Part shown: one piece after another, positions 27,541 through 38,200 of the stretch
Layout: each line of letters begins with the position of its first letter
Position numbering within the stretch: the stretch's first letter is position 1
Source of the DNA: an uncultured Thermoleophilaceae bacterium
GTDB lineage: Bacteria; Actinomycetota; Thermoleophilia; Solirubrobacterales; Thermoleophilaceae
DNA length: 64,000 bases
Reading direction: 5' to 3'
Assembly (NCBI GenBank): GCA_964629855.1
Contig: CAZVRI010000003.1
Span: 24,039-88,038, forward strand
Notes under the pieces: generated by a model
Told to the model about the DNA's origin: nothing
The model's input: only the letters and a program-made list of their open reading frames with translations
The model's database searches: none
Position numbers and translations under genes: made by a program

Positions 27541-28713
27541 TCAGCCGGCCGCGAGACGGTCCGGATCGGCTGCCTGGCGGGCCAGCCAATCAGCTGGCCG
27601 CTCCAGCTCCGCGAGCGTCGGCAGGGCCTCCGGGCCGACCCAAACTCGGTTCAGTCCGTCGATGCCGCCGGCCTCTACGACGGCATCGCAGAACTCCTTG
27701 CCGATCTTGTACTGGCGCAGCTTCATCTCCATGCCGAGCAGGCGCAGCAGCACCCGCTCAGGCGCGGAGCGGCTCTGGCGCCGCTCGTCCATCGCCACGC
27801 GTAGACCCTCGTGCTGGGGCACCAGCTCCGGAGCGAGCGCGTCCATCACGTGCTCGGCGTGGCCCTCGACGACGGCCATCGCCGCCTGCATCCGCTCCAT
27901 CACGTCGCGCTGCTCGTCGTTCTGGACGAGCGCCGCAAAGCCGCCGTCGCGGAAGCGGTCGGCGAGTTCGGACGGGTCGGGAAGGTCGATCTTGCGCAGG
28001 CGGTCGAGCGCACCGCCCAAGAGGCCACCGCTGCGGCCGCGCGGCGCTCCGTTGGAAGTCGATCCGCCGTTGTCGACGGTGGTGGCCGCGGAGTCCGTCG
28101 CGCTCGCGCCGTCGTCGCTCGCGTCGACCTTGACGTCGACGGTCTCGAGGTACTCCTTCAACAGGCCGCCCATGTGGTCGCGCAGCCACGGCACGCCGCC
28201 GAACTGCATCGCGTGCGTCAGCTCGTGGACCGTCACCCAACGGATGAAGGCCTCGCGGTCTACGTTCAGCGCCGTCGCCGCGCCGACGAGATTGGTGCCG
28301 ACGAACAGCAGCCGGGGGTTGGCCGTGCCGGCGATCAACGACAGCTCGTACTGACCGAGCACGCGCTGCGACATGTAGCCGACAACCAAGCCGAGCTCCG
28401 CGGCGAGGGCCGCTCCCGCACCGGTCCGGAGTGGCCCGGCGAGCGGGCCCGCCTTCTCGAACCGCTCGTTCATCCGCTCTTCGACCGGCTTCATCAGCTC
28501 GGCCATCGCGGCGAAGTTCGCATCCGACCAGCCCTGGCGGCTGACCAGCTCGGGCGTAGGGATCGGGCTCGCCGGCACGAGCTGGGTGTAGCTGCTGACC
28601 CGCGCCTCGAACTCGGCGCTGAGCGCGACCAGGTCGAGGCCAGGGTCGACCACGCGGTGCTCGTCCCGCGCGACCAATCCCGCCACCCTCCTGGCAATCG
28701 ACCAATCGACCAT
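27541..28713 (-). CDS. zinc-dependent metalloprotease, DUF2342-like
   Basis: The HExxH site is VHELTHAMQF. The overall pattern (MVDWSIARRVAG..., ...ALAPELVP...) matches my memory of the actinobacterial DUF2342/F420-associated hydrolase family. Confidence 0.75.
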   Translation of the reverse strand: MVDWSIARRVAGLVARDEHRVVDPGLDLVALSAEFEARVSSYTQLVPASPIPTPELVSRQGWSDANFAAMAELMKPVEERMNERFEKAGPLAGPLRTGAGAALAAELGLVVGYMSQRVLGQYELSLIAGTANPRLLFVGTNLVGAATALNVDREAFIRWVTVHELTHAMQFGGVPWLRDHMGGLLKEYLETVDVKVDASDDGASATDSAATTVDNGGSTSNGAPRGRSGGLLGGALDRLRKIDLPDPSELADRFRDGGFAALVQNDEQRDVMERMQAAMAVVEGHAEHVMDALAPELVPQHEGLRVAMDERRQSRSAPERVLLRLLGMEMKLRQYKIGKEFCDAVVEAGGIDGLNRVWVGPEALPTLAELERPADWLARQAADPDRLAAG

Positions 28714-28723
28714 TCGGTTGACC

Positions 28724-29605
28724 TTAGCTAGCCGGAAGCTTCTGGCTCAGTTCGAGTACTGGCGCGAAGAGATCGCCGTGCTCCTCGACCCGCTCGAGCA
28801 CGTCCGCGGTCTCGAAGACCAGCTCCAGGTTGTCGTCCTCGATCTCGTCCCAGGTGACGGGCGTCGAGACGGTCGGCTGGGGGCGGGCGCGCAGCGAGTA
28901 CACGGCGACCGTCGTCTTGTGGCGCGAGTTCTGGCTCCAGTCGATGAAGACCTTCCCGGCGCGCAGGCTCTTCTTCATCGAGGAGACGACGAGCTTTGGG
29001 TGCTGTTTCTCGAGCAGCTGGGCGATCGCCTGGGCGAACGGCTTGGTGCCGTCGTAGGTAACGGGCGTGTTGAGCGGCACGTAGACCTGCATACCCTTGG
29101 AGCCGGAGGTCTTGGCGACGCATTCGAGGCCCAGGTCGGCGAGCAGGTCGCGCAGCAGAAGCGCGACCTCGCGGCACTCGGGGAGCGCCGCCGGTTCGCC
29201 GGGGTCGAGGTCGAAGGCCAGCACCGTCGGACGGTCGGGGTCCTTGGCGAGCGCGAGCGACGGGTGCAGCTCGAGGTCGGCGAGGTTGGCGAGCCAGACC
29301 AGCGTCGGCAGGTCGTCGCAGAGGACGAAGTCGATGTCACGGTCCCCGGTCTCGATCGTCTCCGAGCGCACCCAGTCGGGCGCATGCGATGGCTTCTGCT
29401 TCTCGTAGAAGTACTTGCCGTCGACCCCGTTCGGGTAGCGCTTCAGGGTCAGCGCGCGGCCGCGCAGATGCGGCAGCACCATCGGCGCGATGCGCGTGTA
29501 GTAGTCGATCACCTGGCCCTTGGCGAAGCCGGGCTCGGGATAGAGGACCTTGTCGAGGTTCGACAGCTTCAGCCGCCGGCCCTCGACGTCGACCTCGGGC
29601 GCCAC
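28724..29605 (-). CDS. ligD: NHEJ polymerase/primase domain protein (LigD-Pol)
   Basis: VDVEGRRLKLSNLDKVLYPEPGFAKGQVIDYY...SGSKGMQVYVPL is the typical LigD polymerase domain. Its start directly abuts the ku stop. Confidence 0.9.
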   Translation of the reverse strand: MAPEVDVEGRRLKLSNLDKVLYPEPGFAKGQVIDYYTRIAPMVLPHLRGRALTLKRYPNGVDGKYFYEKQKPSHAPDWVRSETIETGDRDIDFVLCDDLPTLVWLANLADLELHPSLALAKDPDRPTVLAFDLDPGEPAALPECREVALLLRDLLADLGLECVAKTSGSKGMQVYVPLNTPVTYDGTKPFAQAIAQLLEKQHPKLVVSSMKKSLRAGKVFIDWSQNSRHKTTVAVYSLRARPQPTVSTPVTWDEIEDDNLELVFETADVLERVEEHGDLFAPVLELSQKLPAS

Positions 29606-30505
29606 CTACTTCTTGGCGGCCGGCTTCTTCTTGGCCGGAGCGCGCTTCTTCGCGGGCGCCTTGGCCTTGGCGGCCGGCTTCTTCCTGGCCGCGGGCTTCT
29701 TCTTCGCGGCGGCAGTCCCACCCTGGCGTTTCGCTCCCGCGATGCTCGCCTCGAGCGCCGCCATCAGGTCGGGGACCTCGGGCCGCTCCTCCTCGTCGGG
29801 CTGGACGGCGATCTCCTCGCCCTCCGCCTTGCGCTCGATCAGGTCGAGCACCTGCTCGCGGTAGGAGTCGCGGTACTTCGAAGGGTCGAACTCGGCCGAA
29901 AGCGACTCGATCAGCTCGCCGGCCATCTTGACCTCGCGTGCGCTCGCCTCGAGCTCGGCCGCATCGGGGATCTCCTCGAGCGAGCTGGGCGGAACGACCT
30001 CGTCGCCGAACAGCATCGTCTCCATGTGCAGCACGCCGTCCTGGGCGCGCAGCGCGACCAGCTGCTCCTTGGAACGGATCACGACGCGCGCGATGCCGAC
30101 CTTGCCCGACTCCTCCATCGCCTTGAGCAGCAGTGCGTAGGCCTTCGTCGCGCCCTTGCCCGGCGCTAGGTAGTAGGGGTGGTCGTAGAAGATCGGGTCG
30201 ATCTGCTCGATCTCGACGAAGTCCTCGATCTCGATCATGTGCGTCTTGCGCGGCTCGACTGACTCGAGCTCCTCCGGCTTGATGACCACGTAGCGGTCGG
30301 GCGAAATCTCGTAGCCCTTGACGATCCGCTCGTACGGGACCTCGTCACCGGTCTTCGGGTTGACCCGCTTCTGCTGGATCCGCGTCCCGTCCTTGCCATC
30401 GAGCTGGTTGAAGCGGACGGTCTTCTTCGAGACCGCCGAGTACAGCTTCACCGGGATGTTCACGAGGCCGAAGCTGATCGCCCCGCTCCAGATCGCCCTG
30501 GGCAT
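29606..30505 (-). CDS. ku: Ku DNA end-binding protein with Lys/Ala/Pro-rich tail
   Basis: MPRAIWSGAISFGLVNIPVKLYSAV... is the canonical bacterial Ku N-terminus. The C-terminal tail is AAAKKKPAARKKPAAKAKAPAKKRAPAKKKPAAKK. Confidence 0.95.
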   Translation of the reverse strand: MPRAIWSGAISFGLVNIPVKLYSAVSKKTVRFNQLDGKDGTRIQQKRVNPKTGDEVPYERIVKGYEISPDRYVVIKPEELESVEPRKTHMIEIEDFVEIEQIDPIFYDHPYYLAPGKGATKAYALLLKAMEESGKVGIARVVIRSKEQLVALRAQDGVLHMETMLFGDEVVPPSSLEEIPDAAELEASAREVKMAGELIESLSAEFDPSKYRDSYREQVLDLIERKAEGEEIAVQPDEEERPEVPDLMAALEASIAGAKRQGGTAAAKKKPAARKKPAAKAKAPAKKRAPAKKKPAAKK

Positions 30506-30574
30506 GTCCCGAACCGTACCCCGTCATGCCAGCGCCAATCCAGGTTTGGCAGGGATGTTGCGTTCTGTCGGCCG

Positions 30575-31714
30575 CTACCGAAGCCTGGCGGCAAGCCAGG
30601 CCATCAGCTCGGCGAAGGACTCCATGTTGGTCTCGCCCGCCTCGAAGATCACGTGGTCGGCCCTCCGGATGGCCCTGAGGATCTCGGAGCTCGGCGTGTA
30701 TAGCGATATGTAGTTGATGCTCTCGAAGTAGGGCTCGAAAACGTGCATCTTCCGGTAGGCGAACGAGTCGCACACCAGCAGAGTGCGACCTGGAACCCGC
30801 GGGGCGTCTCGGTCTCTCACGATGTCGTACTCGATCCGCTTTGCGGTCTCCGCGCGGCCGGCAGCGGTGCTGAGATCGCCGGTGTAAGTGACCTCCTCCT
30901 GTCGCCGGACGACCTCGTCGGCTTCGATTTGGATGCCGTCGCCGACCTCCTCCAGGGTCGCCGCGACGAGGGTGAGTGCCCCAAGGGTGGTCCAGTGCGT
31001 ATCGGTGAGCTCGAAGAGTTCGTCACCGGCGCGCTGCTTGAGTCGCACGAGTTCGCTGCGCAGCTCGATGACCCCGAGCCCCGGGCCCTCGCTAGCCAGC
31101 AGCTTCCAGAACTTGTCCTTTTCCCTGAGCGCGCACTCCTTGTAGGAGTCGTCCTCAGGTAGATACTCGGGATAGACCGAGGACTTGCTTGGAGCCGCGA
31201 ACATGGTTGCTGTGGGGCCAAGCTGGCGAGTCGCCTCGACGACCGCAGCCCACCTCTTAAGGATCGTGCTGTCTTGCATCTTGTCCGCACAGGCGAACTG
31301 GGTCTCGCTGCCTTGGAAGAGCCAGCCCTCGCGCCCGGTGCTTGCCGTCACGGGACCCGGTGGTCCTCCTTGGCGCTCCCCCTCGTCACGCTCTTGGGCG
31401 CCGACGCCGGCAAAGGGAAGCGCTTGATCGTTACCGAGTGTCTCGTCACGGTCGTAGGACGGGTCCGTTCCGAAGACGTCGGTCCAGATCCGAGTGTTGA
31501 GGCGGACGGCTTGAGCGCGCAACGGCATGTGGTCCACGACGTAGCGGCTGGTCTGGGCAAAGGCCTCCCAACCCTGTGACGGCTTGGGTGCCGAGGCGAG
31601 GTTGCGGTTCTCGAATTTCTCTGGCACGACGACCACTCTCGCCACGATCGGCGCGGTGAAGAACAAGATGGCCAACGCTGCGAACGTCGTCCGGAAGGCT
31701 GTGGAGCGCGACAT
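30575..31714 (-). CDS. AlgJ/AlgX-like (DHHW-type) O-acetylation accessory protein
   Basis: Its ATG at 31714 overlaps the MBOAT TGA (ATGA). N-terminal anchor MSRSTAFRTTFAALAILFFTAPIV. The motif LFELTDTHWTTLGA is of D-x-H-W type. The longer ORF 30575..32533 is an overlap artefact. Confidence 0.7.
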   Translation of the reverse strand: MSRSTAFRTTFAALAILFFTAPIVARVVVVPEKFENRNLASAPKPSQGWEAFAQTSRYVVDHMPLRAQAVRLNTRIWTDVFGTDPSYDRDETLGNDQALPFAGVGAQERDEGERQGGPPGPVTASTGREGWLFQGSETQFACADKMQDSTILKRWAAVVEATRQLGPTATMFAAPSKSSVYPEYLPEDDSYKECALREKDKFWKLLASEGPGLGVIELRSELVRLKQRAGDELFELTDTHWTTLGALTLVAATLEEVGDGIQIEADEVVRRQEEVTYTGDLSTAAGRAETAKRIEYDIVRDRDAPRVPGRTLLVCDSFAYRKMHVFEPYFESINYISLYTPSSEILRAIRRADHVIFEAGETNMESFAELMAWLAARLR

Positions 31715-33150
31715 CAAAACTGGAAGTAGAGGAATGGGCTGAAGGAACCGGCGGCGACTGTGATCGCAGCCAGTGGGAGTAAGCAGACGACCGCGATGCG
31801 TGCGGCAAGCGGCCCGCCGGACCATCGGCCTTGCACGACGCGGCCCATCACGAACTCGCGTGGGAGCAGTGTGCTGGCTAGTCCGAAGATCAGGGCGAGG
31901 ATTGCTGGGGTGACTAGCGCGTCGTCGAGGGCCGCGGGTAGTGGTCCGCCCTGGAAGGAGAACATCGCGCTGTAGACGTCGGTGGCTTGGCCGAGGTCGA
32001 CCGACCGGAACAGCACCCAGCCGAAGACGGCTAGCAGGAACGTCGCCGCGCGGCGCGCGATCGCCAGTCGCTCGTCCGGCAGTGTCGCGATGCCGGTCAA
32101 GCGCTCCGCGACGAGCAACACGCCGTTGTAGACGCCCCAGAGCACGAACGGCCAGGCCGCGCCGTGCCAGAACCCGACCAGCAGGAAGATGATCATCAGG
32201 TTCCGCACCGTCACGGCCTGGGAGATGCGCGACCCGCCGAGCGGGATATAGACGTAGTCGCGAAACCAGCGCGACAGCGTGATGTGCCAGCGGCGCCAGA
32301 AGTCGGTCATTGAGACCGCCGAGTAGGGCCGGTCGAAGTTCTCGGGGAACCGGAAGCCGAACATCCTGGCGAGGCCGATCGCCATGTCGCTGTAGCCGGA
32401 GAAGTCGAAGTAGATCTGGATCGTGAAGGCGAGTGCCCCGATCCACGCGCCAGCGAAAGTGAGGCCCGAAGGATCGGACCAGGCTGCGTCCGCTATCGGC
32501 GCGACCTGATCGGCGACCAACACCTTCTTGCACAGTCCCAACGCGAAACGTGGGAAGCCCTCCGCTATGTCATCGAGCCGCTGACTGCGAGGTGGCGGAT
32601 GGCGGATCTGGTCGTCGATCTGGTGATAGCGGACAATCGGACCGGCGATCAGCTGAGGAAAGAACGCCATGTACTGCGTGTAGTCGGCAATTCCCTTCAT
32701 CGGCGGGGCTGACTCCCGCGTGACGTCTACGACGTAGCTGATCCCGTGGAAAGTGAAGAACGAGATCCCGATCGGCAGGAGAATCGACGGCACCGGAAGG
32801 ACGTCGCTCTCGCTGAACAGTCCTAGTGCGGCATTGATCTGATCGACGGCGAAGACCGTGTACTTCCAGGTGAACAGGATCAGTAGGTTCACCACTACCG
32901 CGCCCCACATCACGCGCCTTGCCTTGTCCTCGCGGCCCGCTGCCTTGTAGCGCCCGATCAGCCGCCCAGCTGTGTAGTTGAGCGCGATGCTCGCCAGGAA
33001 CACCACCACGATCGCGTGCGCGCCCCATGCATAGAACACCACGCTGACCGTTGCCAGCAGCAGGTTGCGCCACCGCGGCGGCACCAGCACGTACAACGCC
33101 AGCACCACCGGCATGAAGAACCACAGAAACTCGATTGACGAGAAGACCAC
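31714..33150 (-). CDS. MBOAT-family membrane O-acyltransferase (AlgI/DltB-like)
   Basis: FWRRWHITLSRWFRDYVYIPLGG and FWHGAAW are MBOAT signatures. It is a multi-pass hydrophobic protein. The GTG start is preceded by GGAGGGAG. Confidence 0.9.
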   Translation of the reverse strand: MVFSSIEFLWFFMPVVLALYVLVPPRWRNLLLATVSVVFYAWGAHAIVVVFLASIALNYTAGRLIGRYKAAGREDKARRVMWGAVVVNLLILFTWKYTVFAVDQINAALGLFSESDVLPVPSILLPIGISFFTFHGISYVVDVTRESAPPMKGIADYTQYMAFFPQLIAGPIVRYHQIDDQIRHPPPRSQRLDDIAEGFPRFALGLCKKVLVADQVAPIADAAWSDPSGLTFAGAWIGALAFTIQIYFDFSGYSDMAIGLARMFGFRFPENFDRPYSAVSMTDFWRRWHITLSRWFRDYVYIPLGGSRISQAVTVRNLMIIFLLVGFWHGAAWPFVLWGVYNGVLLVAERLTGIATLPDERLAIARRAATFLLAVFGWVLFRSVDLGQATDVYSAMFSFQGGPLPAALDDALVTPAILALIFGLASTLLPREFVMGRVVQGRWSGGPLAARIAVVCLLPLAAITVAAGSFSPFLYFQF

Positions 33151-33204
33151 GGTCCGAAGCTCCCTCCATTAGCTACTGGACCGGAGTGGAGACTAACCCC
33201 AGGC

Positions 33205-34650
33205 TTACTCGCGCACAACAGCTGAGGCGGCCACGTCGTCGCGCAGCCCGAGAAATACACCCGCGCGCAGGGTCCCGGTACGGGTCCACTCGCGGAACTC
33301 GACCTCGGCGACGAGCTGGGGCTCGACGAAGACGGTGTTGCGCGGCGGTTGGCGGCCGGTGAAGGGGCTGGTGTCGCGACGCAGCGGGGTGAGCTTCGCG
33401 GTGAGCAGCGACAGCATCGCCTCGTCGAAGCCGGTGCCGACCTTGCCCGCGTAGCGGAGCTCGCCGTCCTCGTCGTAGACCCCAGTGCAGATTGCGCCGA
33501 GGCTGGTGGAGCGGCGGCCCTCGCCGGGCGACCAGCCGCCGATCACGACCTCCTGGCGTAGCACGTTCTTGACCTTGATCCACGCACCGGAGCGGCGGCC
33601 GGGCTCGTAGGGCGACTCGAGGCGCTTGGCGACGATTCCCTCGAGGCCCTGCTCTCGGGTCGCCGCGAGCAGCGCCGCGCCGTCGCCCTCGTGGTGCGTG
33701 GGAGTGCGCCAGCACGGCCCGTCGAGCTCGAGGTCAGCGAGCAGTCGGCGCCGATCGCGGTAGGGGAGTCCGGTGGTCAGGTGGCCGTCGAGCCAGAGCA
33801 GGTCGAAGGCGACGTAGGTGACGGGCAGCTCCTTGGCGCGCCGCTTGACTGCCGCCTCGCCAGTGAGGTGCATCCGCGACTGGAGCCGCTCGAAGATCGG
33901 CTTTCCGAGCTCGTCGAACGCGACGATCTCGCCGTCGAGGATCGCCCGCGTCGATCCCAGCGCCGCGCCGAGCGGGCGCAGCTCGGGGTAGCGCGGCTTG
34001 TAGTCGGTGCCGTTGCGGCCGGTCAAGTCGAGATGGCCGCGGTCGAGCCGTGCCACGGCGCGGATGCCGTCCCACTTGACCTCATAGGCGAACGCGCCGT
34101 CGTCGGAGGGCAGCGGGCCTAGCTTCGCCTTCATCGGTTCGATCCGCTCCGGCATCGGCTCGACGCCAGGCGCCGGCGGATCCATCCGGTGGATCATCCA
34201 GTTCTTGCCCTTGGTCTGGAAGAGGACATAGCGGCCCTCGACCCGCTCGCCATGGAAGACGACGATTACCTCGTCGTTGCGCCACTTCTCCAGCTCGTAG
34301 GTCCCGCTGTCCCAGACCGTCATCGTGCCGGCGCCGTAGTTGCCGGCCGGGATCTCGCCCTCGAACTCGAGGTACTTCAGGGGGTGGTCCTCGGTCCGCA
34401 CCGCCAGCCGGTCCTCCTTCGGGTGGAAGGGGATCCCGCGCGGCACCGCCCACGACGCCAGCGTGCCCTCGCGCTCGAGCCGCAGGTCCCAGTGCAGGTT
34501 GGTGGCGTGATGCTGCTGGACGACGAAGCGCGGCAGATCGCCAGCCGCGCCGTCCGCCTCCGCCGGCTCGGGCGTCGCGGCGAAGTCACGTTTGTCGCGG
34601 TAGTCGCGCAGACGGTCGTCCACCCGTCCATTGTGGTGGGTCGCTTGCAT
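33205..34650 (-). CDS. ligD: LigD 3'-phosphoesterase + ATP-dependent DNA ligase domains
   Basis: The PE domain has DYRDKRDFAATPEP...FVVQQHHATNLHWDLRLE. Ligase motif I is YEVKWDGIR. It has no polymerase domain, which is encoded separately at 28724..29605. Confidence 0.9.
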   Translation of the reverse strand: MQATHHNGRVDDRLRDYRDKRDFAATPEPAEADGAAGDLPRFVVQQHHATNLHWDLRLEREGTLASWAVPRGIPFHPKEDRLAVRTEDHPLKYLEFEGEIPAGNYGAGTMTVWDSGTYELEKWRNDEVIVVFHGERVEGRYVLFQTKGKNWMIHRMDPPAPGVEPMPERIEPMKAKLGPLPSDDGAFAYEVKWDGIRAVARLDRGHLDLTGRNGTDYKPRYPELRPLGAALGSTRAILDGEIVAFDELGKPIFERLQSRMHLTGEAAVKRRAKELPVTYVAFDLLWLDGHLTTGLPYRDRRRLLADLELDGPCWRTPTHHEGDGAALLAATREQGLEGIVAKRLESPYEPGRRSGAWIKVKNVLRQEVVIGGWSPGEGRRSTSLGAICTGVYDEDGELRYAGKVGTGFDEAMLSLLTAKLTPLRRDTSPFTGRQPPRNTVFVEPQLVAEVEFREWTRTGTLRAGVFLGLRDDVAASAVVRE

Positions 34651-34693
34651 TCGGGGCTAAAGGTGCGGCGCCAAGCGGACGACGGGATGGGGG

Positions 34694-35272
34694 ATGCCCC
34701 TCAAGAAGCTCATCGTCGCCTCGTCTATCTCCCTGGTCCTGCTCGTTCCCGCGACCGCCGACGCCGCCAAGGCGCGCATCAGCGGCCACCTCCCCAACTG
34801 CCACGTCGCCGTCGGCGCAGCTTCGTCTGCGCCACGCACCGAGCCGACGATCCGCTTGGCCCGCGCCGCCGTCTGCCTGATCAACAAGCGACGTACCGTC
34901 CGCGGCCTGCCGCGGCTGCGGATCAACAACCGGCTCAGCAAGGCCGCTAAGTGGCACACCCACGACATGGTTCGCCGCAACTACTTCGGCCACGTGTCGA
35001 GGCGCGGCCGCGACGTTGTCGACCGGCTCTACGGCAGCCACTACCTAGGCGGCCGCTTCAGCTGGCGCGTAGGCGAGAACCTCGCTTGGGGCTCCGGCAA
35101 GCTGGGCACGCCGCGCCAGATCGTCCGCGCCTGGATGAAGAGCCCGGGCCACCGGCGCAACATGCTCGACTCCAACTTCCGCGAGATCGGCATCGGCGTG
35201 ATCGCCAGCGCTCCCACCCGCACCGACCTGCCGGCCGCCACCTACACCACCACCTTCGGCGTCCGCCGCTAG
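34694..35272 (+). CDS. secreted CAP/SCP (YkwD-like) domain protein
   Basis: Signal MPLKKLIVASSISLVLLVPATADA. The CAP pattern is present: HTHDMVRRNYFGH...GENLAWG...VRAWMKSPGHRRNML...FREIGIGV. Confidence 0.85.
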   Translation: MPLKKLIVASSISLVLLVPATADAAKARISGHLPNCHVAVGAASSAPRTEPTIRLARAAVCLINKRRTVRGLPRLRINNRLSKAAKWHTHDMVRRNYFGHVSRRGRDVVDRLYGSHYLGGRFSWRVGENLAWGSGKLGTPRQIVRAWMKSPGHRRNMLDSNFREIGIGVIASAPTRTDLPAATYTTTFGVRR

Positions 35273-35297
35273 AGCAGTCGGCGACAGCGCCGTATCC

Positions 35298-38200
35298 TTG
35301 CTCGGGATGCGCGCAGCTGTCCCTCTAGCCGGCCTGACTGAGCCGCAGCGGGCTGCCGCGTCGCACCCCGAGGGTGCACTGAAGGTGCTCGGCGGGGCTG
35401 GGTCCGGGAAGACGACGGTGCTCGCGCACCGGTTCGCATGGCTCGCGGAGGGCGCGACCTCGCCGGAGCGCGTGTTGATGCTCGTCTACTCCGCGCGCGC
35501 GAGAGAGGAGATGTGCGAGCGGCTCGGCGAGCTGGTCGAACCGCCGTACGAGGAGCTGCACGTCCAGACCTTCGACGAGCTGTGCCGCGGGCTGCTGGCC
35601 GACGAGGCGCTAGAGGCGGGTCTCGATCCGCTGTTCGTGCCGATGACGCGCGCCGATCGGGTCGCGCTGCTGCTCGACCGCTTGGGCGACCTAACGCTGC
35701 GCCAACACGAGATCCGCGGCAATCCGGCGCCGCTGCTCGCGAGCTTCGTCGAGCGGATCGACCGGCTCAAGGAGGAGATGGTCACCCCCGACGACCTGCT
35801 CCAGCAGGCACGGGTGGGCGACGGGCTCAGCGACGCGGCCCGCGTCCTGGCCGCCCGCGAAGCCGAGTTCGCGCAGCTCTACGCCGACCACGACCGCCTG
35901 CTCGCCGAACGCGGCGCGCTCGACGGCGGCGACCTGGTGCTGACCGCGTTCCGGCTGCTGCACGAGCGTCCGCACGTCCGTGAACGGGTGGCGCGCCGCT
36001 TCACCCACGTGCTCGTCGACGAGTACCAGGAGGCCACGTTCGCCCAGGGGATGGTGCTGCGTCTGCTCTGCGAGGAGCACGGCCAGCTGACCGTCGCCGG
36101 CGACGACGCCCAGACCCAGCGTCGCTTCGGCGCCGTCGGCGGCCGCAACCTGGAGGAGTTCGCGCGCGAGTACGCCGACGCGACGACGATCGAGCTCGGG
36201 CCGAGCCAGCGCGCGCCCACGCCGATCCAGCCCAGCTTCTGGCGCTGCGCCTCCGAGCGCGCGCAGGCACAGGCGGTCGCGCTGCACGTCGAGCGGCTGG
36301 TGGCGAACGGCGCCGACCCGGCGGCGATCGCCGTCCTGGTGCGCTCGGCGGCCGACGACGGGACGGTGGTAGGCGGCGCGCTGGAGCAGCGCGCGATCCC
36401 CTTCCGCGTCCGCGGCCCGGGCGCCTACTTCCAGCGCGCCGAGGTCCGCGACGTGCTCGCCTGGCTGCGCGTGCTGGCCGACCCCGCCGACTCGGGGGCG
36501 GCGGTGCGCGCGCTGACGCGCCCACCGATCGGCGTGCACTCGGTCGACATCGCGCGGCTGACCCAACTCGCGCGGCGGCGCAAGCTCGACATGCCGTCAG
36601 CCGTCGCCGCGGCGCTCGAGGGGCCGCAGCTCTCGCCGGAGGGCCGCGACCGCGCGCAGGCCTTCCTCGATCTCTACCGCGCCGCGAGCCGCGCCTTCGA
36701 GAGCCGCCGTCCCGACGCTTTCGTGCTGCGGCTGATCGAGCGCGTCGGCATCCGTCGCCAGCAGGTGTTCGCGACCCAGGCCGACACCGTCGAGCGGCTG
36801 CGCAACATCGCCCGCCTGCCCGAGCTGGCGACGGCCTACATGCGCCGCGAGCCGAACACGACGCCGCGCGACTTCACGCGCTACCTCAAAGCCGTCGCCG
36901 ACTCCGGACTGCCCGAGGCCGAGGCGACCGGTCCTGAGGGCGCGCCGGCTGTCGCGATCATCGGCATCGACGACGCCAAGGGACGCGAGTTCGACCACGT
37001 CTTCGTGCTCGGCCTGTCGGCGGCGCGGATGCCCGGCCGGGCTCCCGCCACCGACGAAGTCGTGTCGCTGGCGTCGGTGGCGATGACCCACGAGCAGGTG
37101 ATGCGCCGCCGCTTCCACATCGCCGTCAGCCGGGCGCGCAAGAGTCTCGTCCTGTCCTGGTCGGACGCACCGAACGGATCGCCCGCCCGGCCGTCGCCCT
37201 TCTACGACGAGGTCCGTTCCGCCGCGGGCGCCCCCGAGGAGCGGTTCGAGGAGGAGCTGTTCGGTCCCGCCGAGGGCCTGCACTCGACCTTCCGGATCAT
37301 GCGCGACGAGCTGCTCGACACCGTCCAACGCGTCGGCGGCCGGCTTGGAGAGATGCGGCTCGACACGACGCTTGACGTCTCGCAGGCCGTCGCGCGTTAC
37401 CTGGAGCTGCTGAAGGTCGCGGCGCTGATCGAGCGCTCGCAGGCCGGCCAGCCGCTCGACGACGCGATCTCCGAGGTCAACCAGCTGCTCGCGGCCGGCG
37501 CGTCGCCGGAGCAGCGCGACGTGCTCGAGTCCTCGGCGCTCGACGACTGGCTGCGCGACGCCGGCCGCGACCCGGACCGCCGCCCGGTCGCCGGCGACGA
37601 CCACGCCGGCCCGTCGCTCGACCCATTCATCCCGCGCCGGCGCGGCGCCGGAGCGCCGGAGAACGGGCTGATGCTGTCGGCCTCCGACATCGAGACCTAC
37701 CGCCTCTGTCCGCTGAAGTACAAGTTCGGCCGCGTCTTCCGGATACCGCAGGAGGCGACGATCAACCAGCGTTTCGGGATCGCCCTGCACACCGTGCTCG
37801 AGCGGTTCCACAAGTCGCCCGACGCCGGCCGCGAGCACCTGTTCGACCTGTTCGAGTCCTCCTGGCGGCGCGGCGGCTTCGGCGACTCCGATGACGAGCT
37901 CCAGTTCCGCGAGCGCGGCATCGAGGCGCTCGAGCGCTACTGGGAGAACACCCGCGACGAGACGGGCGAGCCGGTCTGGTTCGAGCGCAGCTTCTCCTTC
38001 CAGCTCGGCCCGCACGTGATCCGCGGCCGCGTCGACCGCGTCGACCGCCGCCCCGACGGCAGCTACGAGGTCATCGACTACAAGACCGGCCGCTCGAAGA
38101 CCGCCGCCGAGCTGCGCAGCGACGTCCAGCTCTCGATCTACCAGATGGGTGCCCGCGAGTCCTGGGGCGTCGAGACCTCAGCCCACTCCTACTACTACGT

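Noticed and set aside
30575-32533. A 652-aa minus ORF that would fuse an Arg-rich N-terminus to the AlgJ-like protein.
   Set aside because: The first ~270 codons overlap the MBOAT gene in another frame and are compositional junk. The ATG at 31714, with its ATGA overlap and membrane anchor, is the credible start. The same logic applies to 40065..41705, 22664..24181, 48705..52145, 56792..58162, 554..1261 and 333..1097.
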